From Paraglomus brasilianum (Eukaryota): a stretch of 56,570 nucleotides of DNA. Position 1 is the first letter of the stretch. Each line of letters begins with the position of its first letter. The notes beneath the pieces were generated by a model that did no database searches, was not told where the DNA came from, and worked only from the letters and a program-made list of their open reading frames with translations. The DNA lies in assembly GCA_910592345.1 (NCBI GenBank), contig CAJVPI010000089.1, positions 1 to 56,570 of the forward strand. Direction: 5' to 3'. A program made the translations under genes and the position numbers. Positions 23,530 through 40,499 of the stretch are shown in pieces.

Positions 23530-25189
23530 CATTTCATGAAATACTTCGTTTCCCAATCGCGTACCATTGTAGAACACATCAAAAGAGACATCCAAATTAT
23601 TAGTCCTGCCGCTAGCAATTTACAATTATACCGCTGACATAATTTCTTAATCGAAGGTGTATATAATTAAGAAAAGGAAGATTAATCTTCGCTTCGTTGA
23701 TTGAAAAAAACATTTCCAACTCTTTAAATGAGTAGATGGTGAATTAAATGTCGTATATTTTCATTTAAAATGAATGAACGCACTATCAACACGCTACAGT
23801 ATTAATACATGATTGACACATTCAACACACCATGAAATTTTAGTCTTCTTCTGTTAATTTCAGATACTAAGTTTGTACGAATACATCGAGATCATATGGC
23901 CAAATCAGACACTCATGCATTTATAGAGTAAAATACTTGATGGTCTTAAGCTCGGGAGCGAACCAGAACTTGCAGTTGCACAAAGTATTTTCAGAAACCC
24001 CAAGTTTTTAACAGAGGCTTTTTGGGGGGGCATAATTAGCCGCTATAACGTCAGCCTTGCTATCGCGATTGAAGATGAAATGAAGACAAATGTGGCATAG
24101 TAAATGAACTAGTGATATAATGGGTCTTCCATTCCTGGTAAAGTCATTGATGTGGTGTAACATTTTTCAGGTTGGTTTTATTTTTAGAATTGTAGCCGAG
24201 TGCTTTACGGCTAGTGCCATAAATGAATCATTCATACCTTCTGTTCCCAGAGATGAATCAATTAGTATTAGCAGATTCTGTCCTTAGTCATTTTCTTTTT
24301 GTATACCACCCTTGACACTTTTGATCAGATTCATAGATGTTTGTAGTGTTCTATTCAGGTCATGGAACTGATGGAGTCAACAAACTAATGTTAATGTTAA
24401 CAGTGTTCTGGAGCACCTCAACACTATGTCAAGTACCAAGTGTATAGTTAATGAGATATGATCTGTTATATTTTAATCTGGATCCACATTATTATATTAT
24501 CTGGCAACGACAAAAGTATCCTATCTAGATGCATTAGCATCACATTGTTACTTCCAAACCATTATTTTAATGAAGTATTGAAATGAACATGACAATTTCT
24601 GGGTGTTATTTGCTGTATATAGGTCTTTTTTAATGCCCTCTACTAATGCTAATGTCTGGGCAGTGTTGGAGAAATTAAGTACCTGTATATAGAATTAATG
24701 TCAATTGACTATAAGCAATATAATTTATATAGTGACCACAACATCAATATTTAGTTGGTAATTTAGTTCAACCTTTTTCGTCTATATCGCAGTCCGTACA
24801 AGACGACAGGGTTGGCTGTTCGCTTTATAAATTGGGCAATATTCAAACGACATCAGCAAACACATCATATCCGTAGAACACAATGCTTCTTCACTTATTC
24901 AGGAATCAACTCGCAACGAGAAGAGAATAATTCGCGTTAGAACTCGCTGTTGATCAACAACTGGAGTCATTCATGTTAAACAGCGCTAATCAAATATCCT
25001 GAATTCGGTTAGTATCGGAGTCTAAACTAACACGTGCAAATACAACTCAAGTTCTGCAATAACGCTATAAAAAACGTGCCATTAGCTTCGCAGATGTGTC
25101 TCTATGTTTTATTCAGTAAGTAAAATAATAATAATTTTCGATATAAACGTTCTAGTATGAGTATATATCTCATTGCACTTGCATTAATG

Positions 25190-26466
25190 TTAATTTTTCT
25201 TTTTGGATGAACTCTTTGACTTCTTCAAATGATGCTCGGGAATCCAATCCATGGTTGTGCCTGTTGATGCGCCAGTAGTGCCACTATCTGTCTTCTCAGT
25301 AGTTGGCTGTTTTTAAAAACAAAGTAATATTCATGTTAGACTATTGACACATGCTTAGGAAAATAACTGTATGCAGATTACCTTTTTGCTTTTCTTTTTC
25401 TTTGATCCTCCAAAAAACGTTTCTTTGATGAGATATGCAACACCTCCAGCAATAGTGAGAAGAATAGCATACATGAAAATACTATATATAATATGTGAGC
25501 AGTTAGTGAAAGGAAACATGCTAACGAGCCGTAAAGCATTATCAAACGATATCATAAAGCCCTTCTTACAGTTGTAAGTCAAAAATAGATTGCTCTGGAT
25601 CGACAATAGTTACGTTGTTGGCGTAGGCAAGTCCACTATACATATTCTCTTGCTATAACAAAATAAGTGGTTGCGTCAGATACAATTTCTGGCTTCCCAA
25701 TCATCACATGCGCCAATATACACTCACTTCGTCGGTGAAAATGAGATCAGCAATCAATGTTAATTCTTGTGGTTGCATCTCACTATAGAAAACATATCGA
25801 ATCTCGCTATCTTCCATTGCAGGAACAACAGTATTGTATTTTAACGTCGTTAACTAAGAATAAATAGCGTGCTTTTCGGTAAATATTATGCTGTAACATA
25901 TAGCATACACATAACATCGAATCATGATTACTTACATTCTTCACAATGCTGTCGGAACCGTCGATACTGACCAAGCGTGCTTGGACAATATAAAGCGTGT
26001 AATTTGCTTCGCCCTTGTTATTGAAATTGATTTTTATATAGTTTGGTTGTCCATTGATGATTTCTATTGAAATCGAAAGTAGATGTAGAAAGTAAGGAAA
26101 AATCAAAGTAAACGTACTTATTGTGCCACCGAGATAATACTTACGGCTAAAAGGACTATCTATCAATTCTCCCACTATTTCAACCGTATCTGGAACTGGT
26201 TTTAGCTCAATAGCTCCAGCAAATAATGCTGTTCAAATACAGAGACATCGTCAAGGAATAAAACCAAGAGGTAATGTACTAAGCTAAAACAAGAACTGCT
26301 ACAAGGAAAATTAGTCAATCAGCACAACCTGACTCCATCCGCCATTTCTCTCCGTTACGCTTTCCGTGTAAATCACTTGGTATGAACGAAAAAGGATACC
26401 ACCGTAAGGTGCAACTATCAGCATAAACAAAAGAAAGACTCTAAACATTCCGTATATTACGGTCAT
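25190..26466 (-). CDS. SSR1: Translocon-associated protein alpha (TRAP-alpha/SSR1, IRC22-like), multi-exon
   Basis: Signal peptide, DSPFS/QIINGQPNYIKINFNNKG, KN/LTTLKY, VTIVDPEQSIFDLQL/IFMY transmembrane segment, and C-terminal DWIPEHHLKK. Confidence 0.85.
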
Positions 26467-27377
26467 CGTTTGGTTGCTTGGAGGTTAACGTGTGAATGAA
26501 ATACGGCAGGGCGAAAATATTCATATAAATTGTGTGGCAAGAATTGATTGGTTATGGCAATATGCGCACGAACCAAGAGCCGAGTTGTTGAATCTGGTTG
26601 GTTATACAACAATTATCTTGATATTCCGTTTACCCCCATTACACGACTTATTTGCGGCCCACCATGTGCATTAATCCCAAAATTAGCCAATTAAAGACTG
26701 AGAATATGTTTCATTCTATCCCTATCACTTATTATCGAATTTCGTCCTTCTCGCATCAAACATTGTCCTGACCAAATCCGGAGAATCATGTCCATGGTAC
26801 TAAGCAAGATAATTAGATAATTTCAATTTCGATATTAATAAACCTGATTTTCGGTACTCTCCAATTTAATTAATTTGGTTCTGCTTTGTGCATAAATGAG
26901 TGAGGGCAAATTAGAAAAAGTCTCCCATTGCACTTGGACTCGTTGGTTGGATATTTGACTTCTAGTGCATGCCGATTCTCGATTGGTCAAATTTAGAGAG
27001 GTTTGATTTCTAACAATAGAATTGGTCAAAGAAAAACTTGAAGTCAGTTGTTTTGTGGTCTTTTAATAAAGTCGAATTATATAACCAAGACTTATTCTTC
27101 GTACAAAGTCGCCTTGATGACTTCAAAAAGTTCAAGTTGTGAATTCTCTCTTCCTCTATCCGTTTACATACCCCCTCTCATGTAAGTCACCAGTGACTGA
27201 TCGATTCGGTGGCTTGTTATTCCGTCGACTAAAAAGTACTAGTACAGTCTATCAAGGCGGAGATTATAAATACAGTCGTGCCTCGTTTTATCTTTAGAAT
27301 CAGAATTTCACGGATGACCAATCCTGCAACCAATCACCGGCCTCTAGAAAAGATTCTGACACTCTTGTGATCCCTAC

Positions 27378-28852
27378 ATGGACTATCTTAGAACTGCCTT
27401 TTCTTCTTTACAATCTCCAAAGCGAACTATTACGGTGACTGCATTATATATATATCCGGTAAAGGGATGTAGAGGCATTGCTGTCACATCACGACGCACG
27501 AATAAAAATGGATTTGAGTATGATAGATACTGGATGGTTGTGGATGACGAAAACAATTTCTTATCACAGAGGAATGCTCCAAAGGTAAATCGATAGGAAA
27601 CATTATTTATTGAACTGAATGGAAAAGTATGTCGTGTTTATAGTAGACGCTTTATTGAATTTCGATGGATTTCTATGTAGATGGCTATAATAACGCCAAG
27701 ATTCGAGGTAAATGATAATGGCGACGACATTAGCGAATTAGTGTTGTCTGCTAAAGGTGTTGAGAACGAATTAAGACTTCCACTAGATGTAAAGTGAGTG
27801 CTCGAGTTATTGTTTGACGCAGCATCTATATCACGCATGTTTCGGGTCAAGCCATAGATGGTATATTTGTCAGAACGCCTAATGTTTGATCTATTGCCCC
27901 CTAAAAGAAATTCTCTTGAATCAAATGATAAATTGGAAGTTAATATATGGGATGATGTAGTTCCTGCCTATGATTGTGGTAAGACAGCATCGACGTGGAT
28001 AAGTTCATGCCTGGGTATTTCTGCAAAGTTAGTTGTTAAACCTGATGAATATGTGAGATCTGTTACAAGGAACCTTCCATCCCCTAACGAACTTGTATAT
28101 CAACCGCAGGTATGTCATAAAGCTAAAATTGTTAGTCTTTAACATGAAATGTCTGTATTCTGTATGGTTTATTAAACGGTCACTCTACTAGGTTGTGTTT
28201 GCAGATGCCTTTCCCTTCCTTCTCATTTCAGAGGAGTCGTTGGCTGATCTGAATAGTCGGCTAGATTCACCAGTGACTATGCGTAACTTTAGGCCAAATA
28301 TAGTAGTGAAAGGATGTAATGCTCCCTATGAAGAAGATACATGGAAAAAAATAGTAATTGGAGAGGATAAAGAAAATATTTTCTACATCACATGTAGATC
28401 CATAAGATGCACCGGTGAGTTTCGTTAAGCATGCTCATTAAGTTGGTCAAAGCTTGTTCGTTTACGCTTTTTGGATACGATGTAGTGCCCAACGTGAATC
28501 CAGATACTGGCGAAAGAAATGGTATTCAGCCATTGAAGACGCTAATGTCGTATCGTAGGGTGGACAAGGGTGCGATTTACAAGGCCTGCTTTGGTAAGTT
28601 TCGAATATGACTGGGATTTTAATTGAAAACGGTTATTGATAAAGTGCAACCATGATTATAGGAATGAATGCTCTCCACTCGAAACCTGGTAAGTGTTACA
28701 TATTTTAGATGGTATGATAAACAACATTTTTTATCGTTCTCGATTGATAAACATTTCCGTTTACGACTCTAGGCACTTTGATAAGTGTTGGTGATCGGGT
28801 TGAGATAATTTCGACTGGAGAACACATGCGTGAACCGTATAAGAAAGACTAA
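27378..28852 (+). CDS. MOSC-domain molybdenum cofactor protein (mARC/YcbX-like), multi-exon
   Basis: LYIYPVKGCRG, DRYWMVV, FADAFPFLLISEESLADLN, NFRPNIVVKG, RCT/VPNVNPDTG, CF/GMN and ISVGD. Confidence 0.92.
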
Positions 28853-29348
28853 TAAACAGAGACTATTTCTAAACCACAAACGGTTATAACAATTTCCATA
28901 TACAGAAATAGTGTGATACTGTATGAGTCATTTGCTGCGTACATAGTACCTGTCATTCTTGCGTTAATTGGCCCGACAAATGACAACTCGCATCGTTATC
29001 TCATTGACCAACCTTTAATAAGGAACTTGTTGCACTGCAGGTCGGTTTTGGAAATCAATATCATTGAAGAAGGGACTAGATTTGGAACTGTAATATACGC
29101 AAAGACTGCGGGGTTCAATTGGCAACTGCGGGGCAAAGAAATGACCTTCCATAATTAGCATACACGACTGCGGTGACTGCGGAAAAAAACCGTATATAGA
29201 GGCGACCAGACAGACTGTCGCTTAACTAACACTCGATTCCCCGGGCTAGAAAAATACAACTACACTGTAAATAACTCCTAATTAGATATACCGTAAAAGA
29301 CTATTTGCATATATTGTAAAACAATCTCGTCATCAACTTAATCTAATA

Positions 29349-29948
29349 ATGGAGCTTCCTTCTCAAACTTCAAGCATCAATCCCGACTGGGAAGAAATTA
29401 ACGAATGGGATTCTGACGATGACTTCTCTAAAAACTATACTATTACTTCGGTCCACCACCTTACCGTCCTCGACGATGTAGATATATCCGAAGACGAGGC
29501 ATACGAATGCATCTCAGCTCATTCCAAACCAACGTTTGCCCAAGTTGTCAAATCACCCTCAGACAAACACAATATCTCCGATACGGAAGCGTCCGGTTCA
29601 AATAAAAGTAGGAATCACAGACGCAAGTCGTCTCGATACAAAATAAAAGACTCTAAGGAGAAAGCTCTTTCTGAACCTGAAGATTTCGGAGGATATGGTG
29701 ATGATGGTAGACTAGCTGGGTCCAAAAAATCAAATGGAAGGAGGCGGATGACAGATAAAACACGTGGATTGAAGCTGTACCAACAGTTACTGACTCCGGA
29801 ATGGCTTCCTTATTGTCCAGGTGATACGAACAGAGATAAGGACTTCTGCTATTATAAGGCCTGCAAGAAGGTTGTGAGTGGTTATAAAAAAGGTACAAGC
29901 GGCAAACCTTCCAGGAGGGATAATAAGAAGTTAGCAAATGAATTTTAA
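29349..29948 (+). CDS. Hypothetical 199-aa protein (acidic N-terminus, basic C-terminus)
   Basis: Intronless ORF with an A-rich start context and an upstream TATA-like motif; no family recognised. Confidence 0.55.
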   Translation: MELPSQTSSINPDWEEINEWDSDDDFSKNYTITSVHHLTVLDDVDISEDEAYECISAHSKPTFAQVVKSPSDKHNISDTEASGSNKSRNHRRKSSRYKIKDSKEKALSEPEDFGGYGDDGRLAGSKKSNGRRRMTDKTRGLKLYQQLLTPEWLPYCPGDTNRDKDFCYYKACKKVVSGYKKGTSGKPSRRDNKKLANEF

Positions 29949-30362
29949 ATGGATATCGCGAGAATTATAAATACATGCGCCTTGTAATTTTTAATAATGC
30001 ATTGCATGTTTGCTTAACTATTACCCAACTTTCTTCACGTATGTTAATAATAATAGTGTACGTATTTCTCTGTCAACCGGGTAGATATTAAATATACATT
30101 AACCGCTTTGCTCAAAAAGATTAATATTCCAAGTGGTTTTGTTGTATATTGGTATTGTGTGAATACCTTGAATAAAATAAGTATCACAAAATAGTTCTTG
30201 CAGCGAATTAAATGCGTTAAAGATGTTGTATTCATTCATGTATGCAATTTTAAGACAGGGACAGCAAAAGATAAAATTACAAGCCAAGAAAAACGATGGA
30301 TTGCTCATCATCATTTATTACTATTTTCTCGAATGCAACGAACATTATTATAACAAATCATA

Positions 30363-31570
30363 TTACTTTCTTGGTCCCCAAACCATCTCTGTTCTATAAG
30401 TCTTTCCGTCTTCTCTGTTTACCCAATGATCAGCGCCGGGATCGACCTCACCCTTTGGTTTCAAATGCTCCCGTTGCTTTTTCTTCTCCTCTGTTGATAT
30501 CTTGTAGTGCGCATCACGTTCTTCGACCAGTTTTTGATTAATTTGCGACTCTTCCACGATCGACATCATCAATTTTGGAGGACCTATAAAGTGCGAAAAG
30601 TGACAAGTGAAGCTATATGCTAAATAAGGGAAGATGTGAAATAAATAAATGGATAGAACATACCGAATGGCAACGCATCGCCACGATCAACTTGCCAGAA
30701 ATGCCAAGTCTGAAATAAAAGAATATCACGTTTCATTAGCCACATAGAATCCAATATTCCTTTCTCACGCGCATTTAAACTTCACCTTTCCATATGTATT
30801 GATCAATTCCTCCATATATTTCATCTCGGCGTTATCCCCAACCGTCCTTGGGACACCAGTTGCTGTCGGACAAATAAGGAGGCCGGATTTGACTTCCATT
30901 ACATGCGAATGCCAATATAGTTTTTCGTCTTCAGGAAGTTCTTTAAAGGATTGGAATGAAAAGTAAATAATAGAAAGATTTTCTAGGAGGAAAGAATCCG
31001 ATTGCACAATATGTACATACTCTCGAACAATTCAGCCGAAATGATGTATTCAACTCCAATCAGTCGAGCATCGTCGGCATCGGAATCGTAAATAACGCAC
31101 TGGCGGACTTGTTCTTTCAAATGACCGCAATAGTGGTGGGCTACCACCTGTCGATTTAGATCATCGCTAAATAGCAATATTAGAATAACCAATCAGTATC
31201 ATTATAAACGTGTATTATCGCTACTATATAATTATAAACGATTCCCTGCCACCGCTAATATTGTTGAATTTTGTCTGTAATAATTAATTATAGTTGATTT
31301 TTCATGTTCCATAATTCCTTGTGTCCCGCATTCCAACGTCTTTATTCTTTACTCACCTGTAGAAATGAAAGCCCTGGACGTGTTCGTGAATCTTGTTAAG
31401 AGGTTTAAAGGTTTGGATGGCCGAAGCCGTTTTCTCCATAGCCTTCGATGCAAGGCTCACTGGGTCGCCTGGTGGTTCTGGACGCTGTCATCAAGAGAAT
31501 TCAAATTTCGGGAAAATGCCGATTATGCGTAATAGTACAATATATTTATAATTCTGCGCACCTCACTCAT
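30363..31570 (-). CDS. DUF1264 / oil-body-associated protein (OBAP)-like, multi-exon
   Basis: PGDPVS..QTFKPLNKIHEHVQGFHFYS/DDLNRQVVAHHYC..QCVIYDSD..ARLIGVEYII, WHSH..EVKSGLL, TYGK/TWHFWQVDRGDALPF/GPPKLMMS. Confidence 0.9.
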
Positions 31571-31894
31571 ATTTAGTAAAGAAATTCAACCCGTTAACAA
31601 CGTGTGTTGTCTAAAGTTTTGGTGGCATTTAAATAATGCGTTTAATTGGATATCCCACGCTCTATGTATGATATAAAAATGATGTAAAGATGAGCAACTT
31701 ATCATCAAAAAGACGTATGTCTCATTTATTTAGAACAAACATTTGATGTCATTTTAACGTATTGGGGACATCTGGCTCTGGTTAAGCGATGACAATAATG
31801 ACAAGATCAACTAGTATCATGTTCGAAATATCATCCCAATAAATAATTGCTAGTTTGCTCTTTTCTTTATTCTATCGCATTTACTATCACCGCA

Positions 31895-33280
31895 ATGATT
31901 AGATTTCCACCGCTTACTGTACCCTCGTTCCTTCATCCAACTATTGAAGCATGGGTAGTCTGGCTAATTACTACGTTCATCTCTATTCCAGCTGCCTTTT
32001 GTACCATGTTTATTGATGCTCCATACGCATTAGCCTGTAACCTTTTTGCACCAGAACCAAAATCCATTGTAATCACTGGAGCAAGGTTATATTATATGAT
32101 TCTAGCTTATGAAATGCTTTGTGTAAATGAATGAATGCTATTGCAACTCATACGTTTACTACAGTTCTGGAATCGGAGCTAGTCTTGCTCTTACTTATGC
32201 AAAACGAGGTGTCACTATCGGATTATTGGGTCTCGATAGTATGTATGAATGGTTAGTTGTCGTCCGCATAATACGATTACTATATCTCACATATATTTTA
32301 TACAATGCACAGCAGGTAAGCCAGAAGGACTTCCTCCACTCCTCACTCGCATGATAATCACAATATCTACAATCGCCTTGTCAATCTATTGCAGATTCCC
32401 TAAAAAAGGTCGCAGAAGTTGTAAGATCACGTCGAGCATCGGCGGAGGTTTTAGTTTGCGACGTAGCCGATACTGATAAACTTGCCCAAATACTCGAAGA
32501 GTTTGATGATCAACATAATATTGACTTGCTGTTTGCTAATGCTGGTAATGTTATGACAACAAAGGTATAAATCTGCTACATATTAGTGTCTTACTTGCTG
32601 TATTGTGTAGGCCAATTGGGACATACAATTGATACGGACAAGGAGTGGGAAGACCATTGGGATCGAATTGTAGATGTTAACTTTATTGGAGCGGTAGCAA
32701 CTGCGATGACTGGTTTCAAACTGATGGAAAACCGCAGGAACAGACGAGGCGGACAGATTGCAAGTGAGTAGTAATTCCGAATCGTGTATCCGGTTTTATT
32801 TAATAATTCGCTGCGGTTATATGTTTAGTCGATCGTACATATAAGCTTCTCTAATTAACCTCTTTCTTCAATATAGTTACATCATCACTATCCGGCTACT
32901 TTTTCCTGCCCCAGATGGCTTACTACAATGCGACAAAAGCCGCTTTAATCTCTTTCGGCCGGGACCTGCGGTACATTGGCCGCCCACACAACATCAAAGT
33001 GACAGTAATCACACCTGGTGTAATTGATACCCGCATGACGGCTGATCCACATCAACCATTTTCTATGCCCCGTTGGTTGCTGACCAAACCTGAGAGGTTA
33101 GCAAAAATAATTAAACGACGGCTGTTGTATAATCCCGCAACTATTGCATATCCATTTACGGAGTATTTGGCGTCATGGGTTAGTCAAAGTTTACCGACAG
33201 CTTTGCTGGATGACGCTACGTGGTTGGTTGGAAAAGTTTCGTCCTCTTTAAGTCGGACTGGGAGTAGAGGATTTAGCTAA
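31895..33280 (+). CDS. Short-chain dehydrogenase/reductase with an N-terminal membrane segment, multi-exon
   Basis: IVITGAS/SGIG, CDVAD, FANA/G, VNFIG, TSS, catalytic YNATK, and ITPGVIDTRM. Confidence 0.92.
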
Positions 33281-33797
33281 ACTGTCGTGAGGATCATGTA
33301 ACTAATACATTTGATGTAGGGGGAAGCACTTTTTACTTTTGGTCCCGAATAATAAATAGGCGGAATTTAAAATATAGTCGTCATTTCGCGTATCTATATC
33401 TTGTGTTTGCATAGTAGCTATAAAACCGTCTCTTTTCAAGTATATACAGTGCAGAACAAAAAGAATTGACCTCTATGCATGTAGACTTTAAAAGTGCGTA
33501 GCTTCACAAATAAACAAACAAATCACGTCCAATTTTATTTAATAAACAATTATGCTACCCTTTTTGTTATAAAAACACAACCGTTTGTCATCTTAAAATT
33601 TATTGTTGAACAGAAGTCTTCAAACGCGCATAACACACAGCGTTTAACAATCCTTCGCTTTTCGATACCAAGCAACGCATTCTCCAAAAACTCCACCAAA
33701 TAGCTGGGATGTTTCGCATAAAAGGAGTGCTAATGTACCATAATATATACGTATATCAATCAAATTCTCGCTTTGATCAAAAGTTTCGTTTTTGATA

Positions 33798-34006
33798 CAC
33801 AGTGGCTCTCTTTATAGTGTACCTCCTTTATAGTGGAGACTAATTAAAATCGCGATATAGTGGATAAAAGTTCAAACCCATCTATAATAAATGCTATCCG
33901 ATATAGTGTATTTACTAATAAATTTTCAAAAACTCTCTATATAGTGTATTTTTGAGAATTTTTTACTAGTAGATTTTTTTGATACACTATAAAGAGAGTC
34001 ACTGTG
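33798..34006. mobile_element. Intact 209-bp MITE with a TA target-site duplication
   Basis: TA|CACAGTGGCTCTCTTTATAGTGTA ... TACACTATAAAGAGAGTCACTGTG|TA, with internal TATAGTG subrepeats. Confidence 0.88.
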
Positions 34007-34789
34007 TATATCAGGAGTTCCGTTCTGATAGATCGGCAAGTACACCAGATTAGGTTCTGTTTTTAATATATCCGCAGTAAAGTCACGTTTTTATTAATGC
34101 CCTGAGGTTTATCCGTTGCGTTATTATTAGCTAATTATGACTATATTCAATCAATCCATGATGTCAGACATATAACAATAGTTCATTTATGATATCCCAC
34201 GGTTCTCTTTCTTTTGCAAACCATCCCAAGTATGTTAGAAATACAGTAGTATTCGATTAACTGCATTGCATCATTGAAATATAACCCAGTATATTTAATC
34301 ATGATTTATTCATTAACTAGCAACATGAGCGATGCTAATTATAATATATATAATAAAGATATCGAAATCTATCAATTATTATATTAATATGGACAAAACC
34401 GCTAAATATTGACCGAGATTATTTTTTCGAAGTGTCCGAGTGTCATTAATACTTTTCTTCAATCTTCTCTGCAGAATATTAATATGGCAGTTTCTGCCAG
34501 ATATGTGGATTTTGAATCGACATTGAAGTCTCGATGAAGTAAAGTCGAAATTTAAACGAATTAATCTTCAACCGAACGAAAGTCTTCAGAGAAAGACGCG
34601 TACGAAAACTATCACTATGTTGTATTATATAAATTCTACGAAATTTTACCGTCTTGTATAATGTCAAAATAATATTGTACGAAATTAAACAAATTAGGCA
34701 AAAAGATATTTTATTCGAACAGATGACTATCAAAAAATGCTGTGAAAACGCGACTTTGTTACTTGTGTCATTTGTTTTATTTGTTTACA

Positions 34790-35000
34790 CTTTTTTGCTG
34801 CAGTGCAGGAAGCACCAGAGGAAGAAGACGGGGAAGAGGAAGGAGAAGAAGAATCCATAACAATATCAAATATGGCTGCTTTGGATAGCATTCAAAATAT
34901 ATTCAACTATTTACAACAAAATTCTGACGTAAAAGACATACAGCGTCAAATTGGAAGAAAGCAAAATGCAGCTCACGTTGGATGTTGGTTTTGTTATTAA
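34790..35000 (+). pseudogene. Possible pogo/Tigger-type transposase C-terminal relic
   Basis: An acidic run followed by ITISNMAALDSIQNIFNYLQQNSD resembles pogo-like C-termini; no intact ORF. Confidence 0.3.
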
Positions 35001-35866
35001 AAATACAACGACAGGGTTTTGATTGACCGACGTCGCAAGTTTATAACCAAAATGGTGCCTACACTTTACTATTATTTTGCCTTCTAAGTATATGATATTA
35101 AGAAGCTTAAAATAAAAGTCTTTGGGAAGAGATTGGAAAAGCACGTTTGTTAATTTGATTCAAAGCATGCCGTCAAAATAATGGACGGGAATGGTTTAAG
35201 ATAAACTATTTCTGTAAATTATCATAATTTCTCATTGCACAATTAATAAAAATGTTATTCCAAAAACTTTTTTCGAATAGACTCCAATAATAAGGGTAAT
35301 GGTCATCATTAAATGATATTAAAGCTTATTGTTCGATAGGCTGTCTTGTATTGGTTTCCGACAACAAAAATTCCCATTGCGCCCAGAAAATACAATGAAA
35401 TTATAATTAGTACGGCTTTGTACTCTATATACTTCGGTTCCGACAATTAAAGCTCCCTATTACTATTCACGCGATTAACTTTCGGCTACGTCTCTGGAGA
35501 GAGAACTTGAAACGCCTCATGTAATTTAATTTGGCGGGCTGGAAGGGAAACATTCTTGTCATTCTTTTCTATTTCCGTCGTAGAGTGACAAATATTTTGA
35601 TTATATATTAATATGTTCTGTTTAGAGTGAGAATACCTCGTATTTATGACAACAAACCAAACCAAACAAAGCAAGCCTATGTAAGCAATTCTGTTTATTT
35701 TCTCAACATGCTATACAAGGAAAGCACGAGCATCAATTGAGTGTGCCGGATGTGTAGGCTCGCAAGAATAAGGTTGATGTATCACCGAGTCTCGAGTCAC
35801 GGGTAAAAAAATTAATACGGTTGTGGCAATAAAATTCACTTACATATTATCTACTTTATCCCGTCA

Positions 35867-36314
35867 ATGACGAAAGCAATAGAAACGGCAACGTTCCTTG
35901 GTATTATTGGAACAGTGTACTTTTTGTTCTTATTTCAGGTTTTGCCCAGTTCAGAGAAAATACAGATCGACATCCTGCCTGTGGTATGGATGTCCTTTGA
36001 GACGAGATATTTGTGTTGACTGTTGTGGAAAACGTATCCTTGTGCGTTCAACAATCTTTATGCTCTAATTTCTCTAGTTACCATGGTGGGCTCTAGTGTC
36101 ATTTGGTGCATATTCTTTGGGCAATATTGGATATCATGTATACAGATTTAAGGATTGTGAAGATGCGTATCATGAATTAATGGCTGTGAGTATAAACGTA
36201 CTGATATGAATAACGATTAATGTACCACACATTATATCGCTAACTCGCGATTTCGCTTAGCAAATCAATGAAGCAAAGAAAAGCCTCAGAACACAAGGGA
36301 TAAGTGTAGATTAA
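35867..36314 (+). CDS. DPM3: Dolichol-phosphate mannosyltransferase subunit 3 (exons 35867-35983, 36078-36185, 36261-36314)
   Basis: Hand splice gives MTKAIETATFLGIIGTVYFLFLFQVLPSSEKIQIDILPV/LPWWALVSFGAYSLGNIGYHVYRFKDCEDAYHELMA/QINEAKKSLRTQGISVD*. Not in the ORF track. Confidence 0.93.
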
Positions 36315-36494
36315 ATGACAATAGAGAAATTTAATTTAATGAGAATATTGATTGAACGTGTATATGCTAGCATGCATTTGTAATTGATCCACCAAATATT
36401 GAATTAAAGGCGATAAAAAACGACTATGTATCACTTAATTTATATGCTATCAGTGTCAACGTCACCTCCCCCGATACACTCCATCCGACTGACA

Positions 36495-40022
<3,528 letters not shown>

Positions 40023-40499
40023 GTTTTATTGTATGTGGTTGATTCTATGTGAGGAGAATGCTTATGCTAGCTATCGGATGAAAATATGGCTTTTGATGAT
40101 GATTGATCTGCGATCGATGTTATAATCTATAATTTCATCTAATCAAACTGTAATCATTAATTGGTGATCAAATTCGCCACACACGACTGCAGTGAGACTG
40201 TCTACTCTACCTTTAGATTTGACAAAAGTAAATTGATCAAAGTAAAGTCACCTAAAACCAATAATAACCCAAGAAGACAGAACAGCAAGAAGAACAAATT
40301 CGACAGATCCGATAAAATAGGATTATTGCAAGTCTCTTTGACTTTTCTTTCAATAAATTCGCGCTTTGTGATCGTATTGACTAAGTCAAATTGGTTAATC
40401 TTTTAATTGATTTAATTCTTTAGACTCGGTGATTAAGCGATTAATAAATCAAATTAGCAATACAAAATTTGTTTTCGTCTATCACTTTTTGAAATGCTT

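Noticed and set aside
27114..27200. TGATGA...CTGA candidate C/D snoRNA
   Set aside because: No convincing terminal stem or recognisable rRNA guide.
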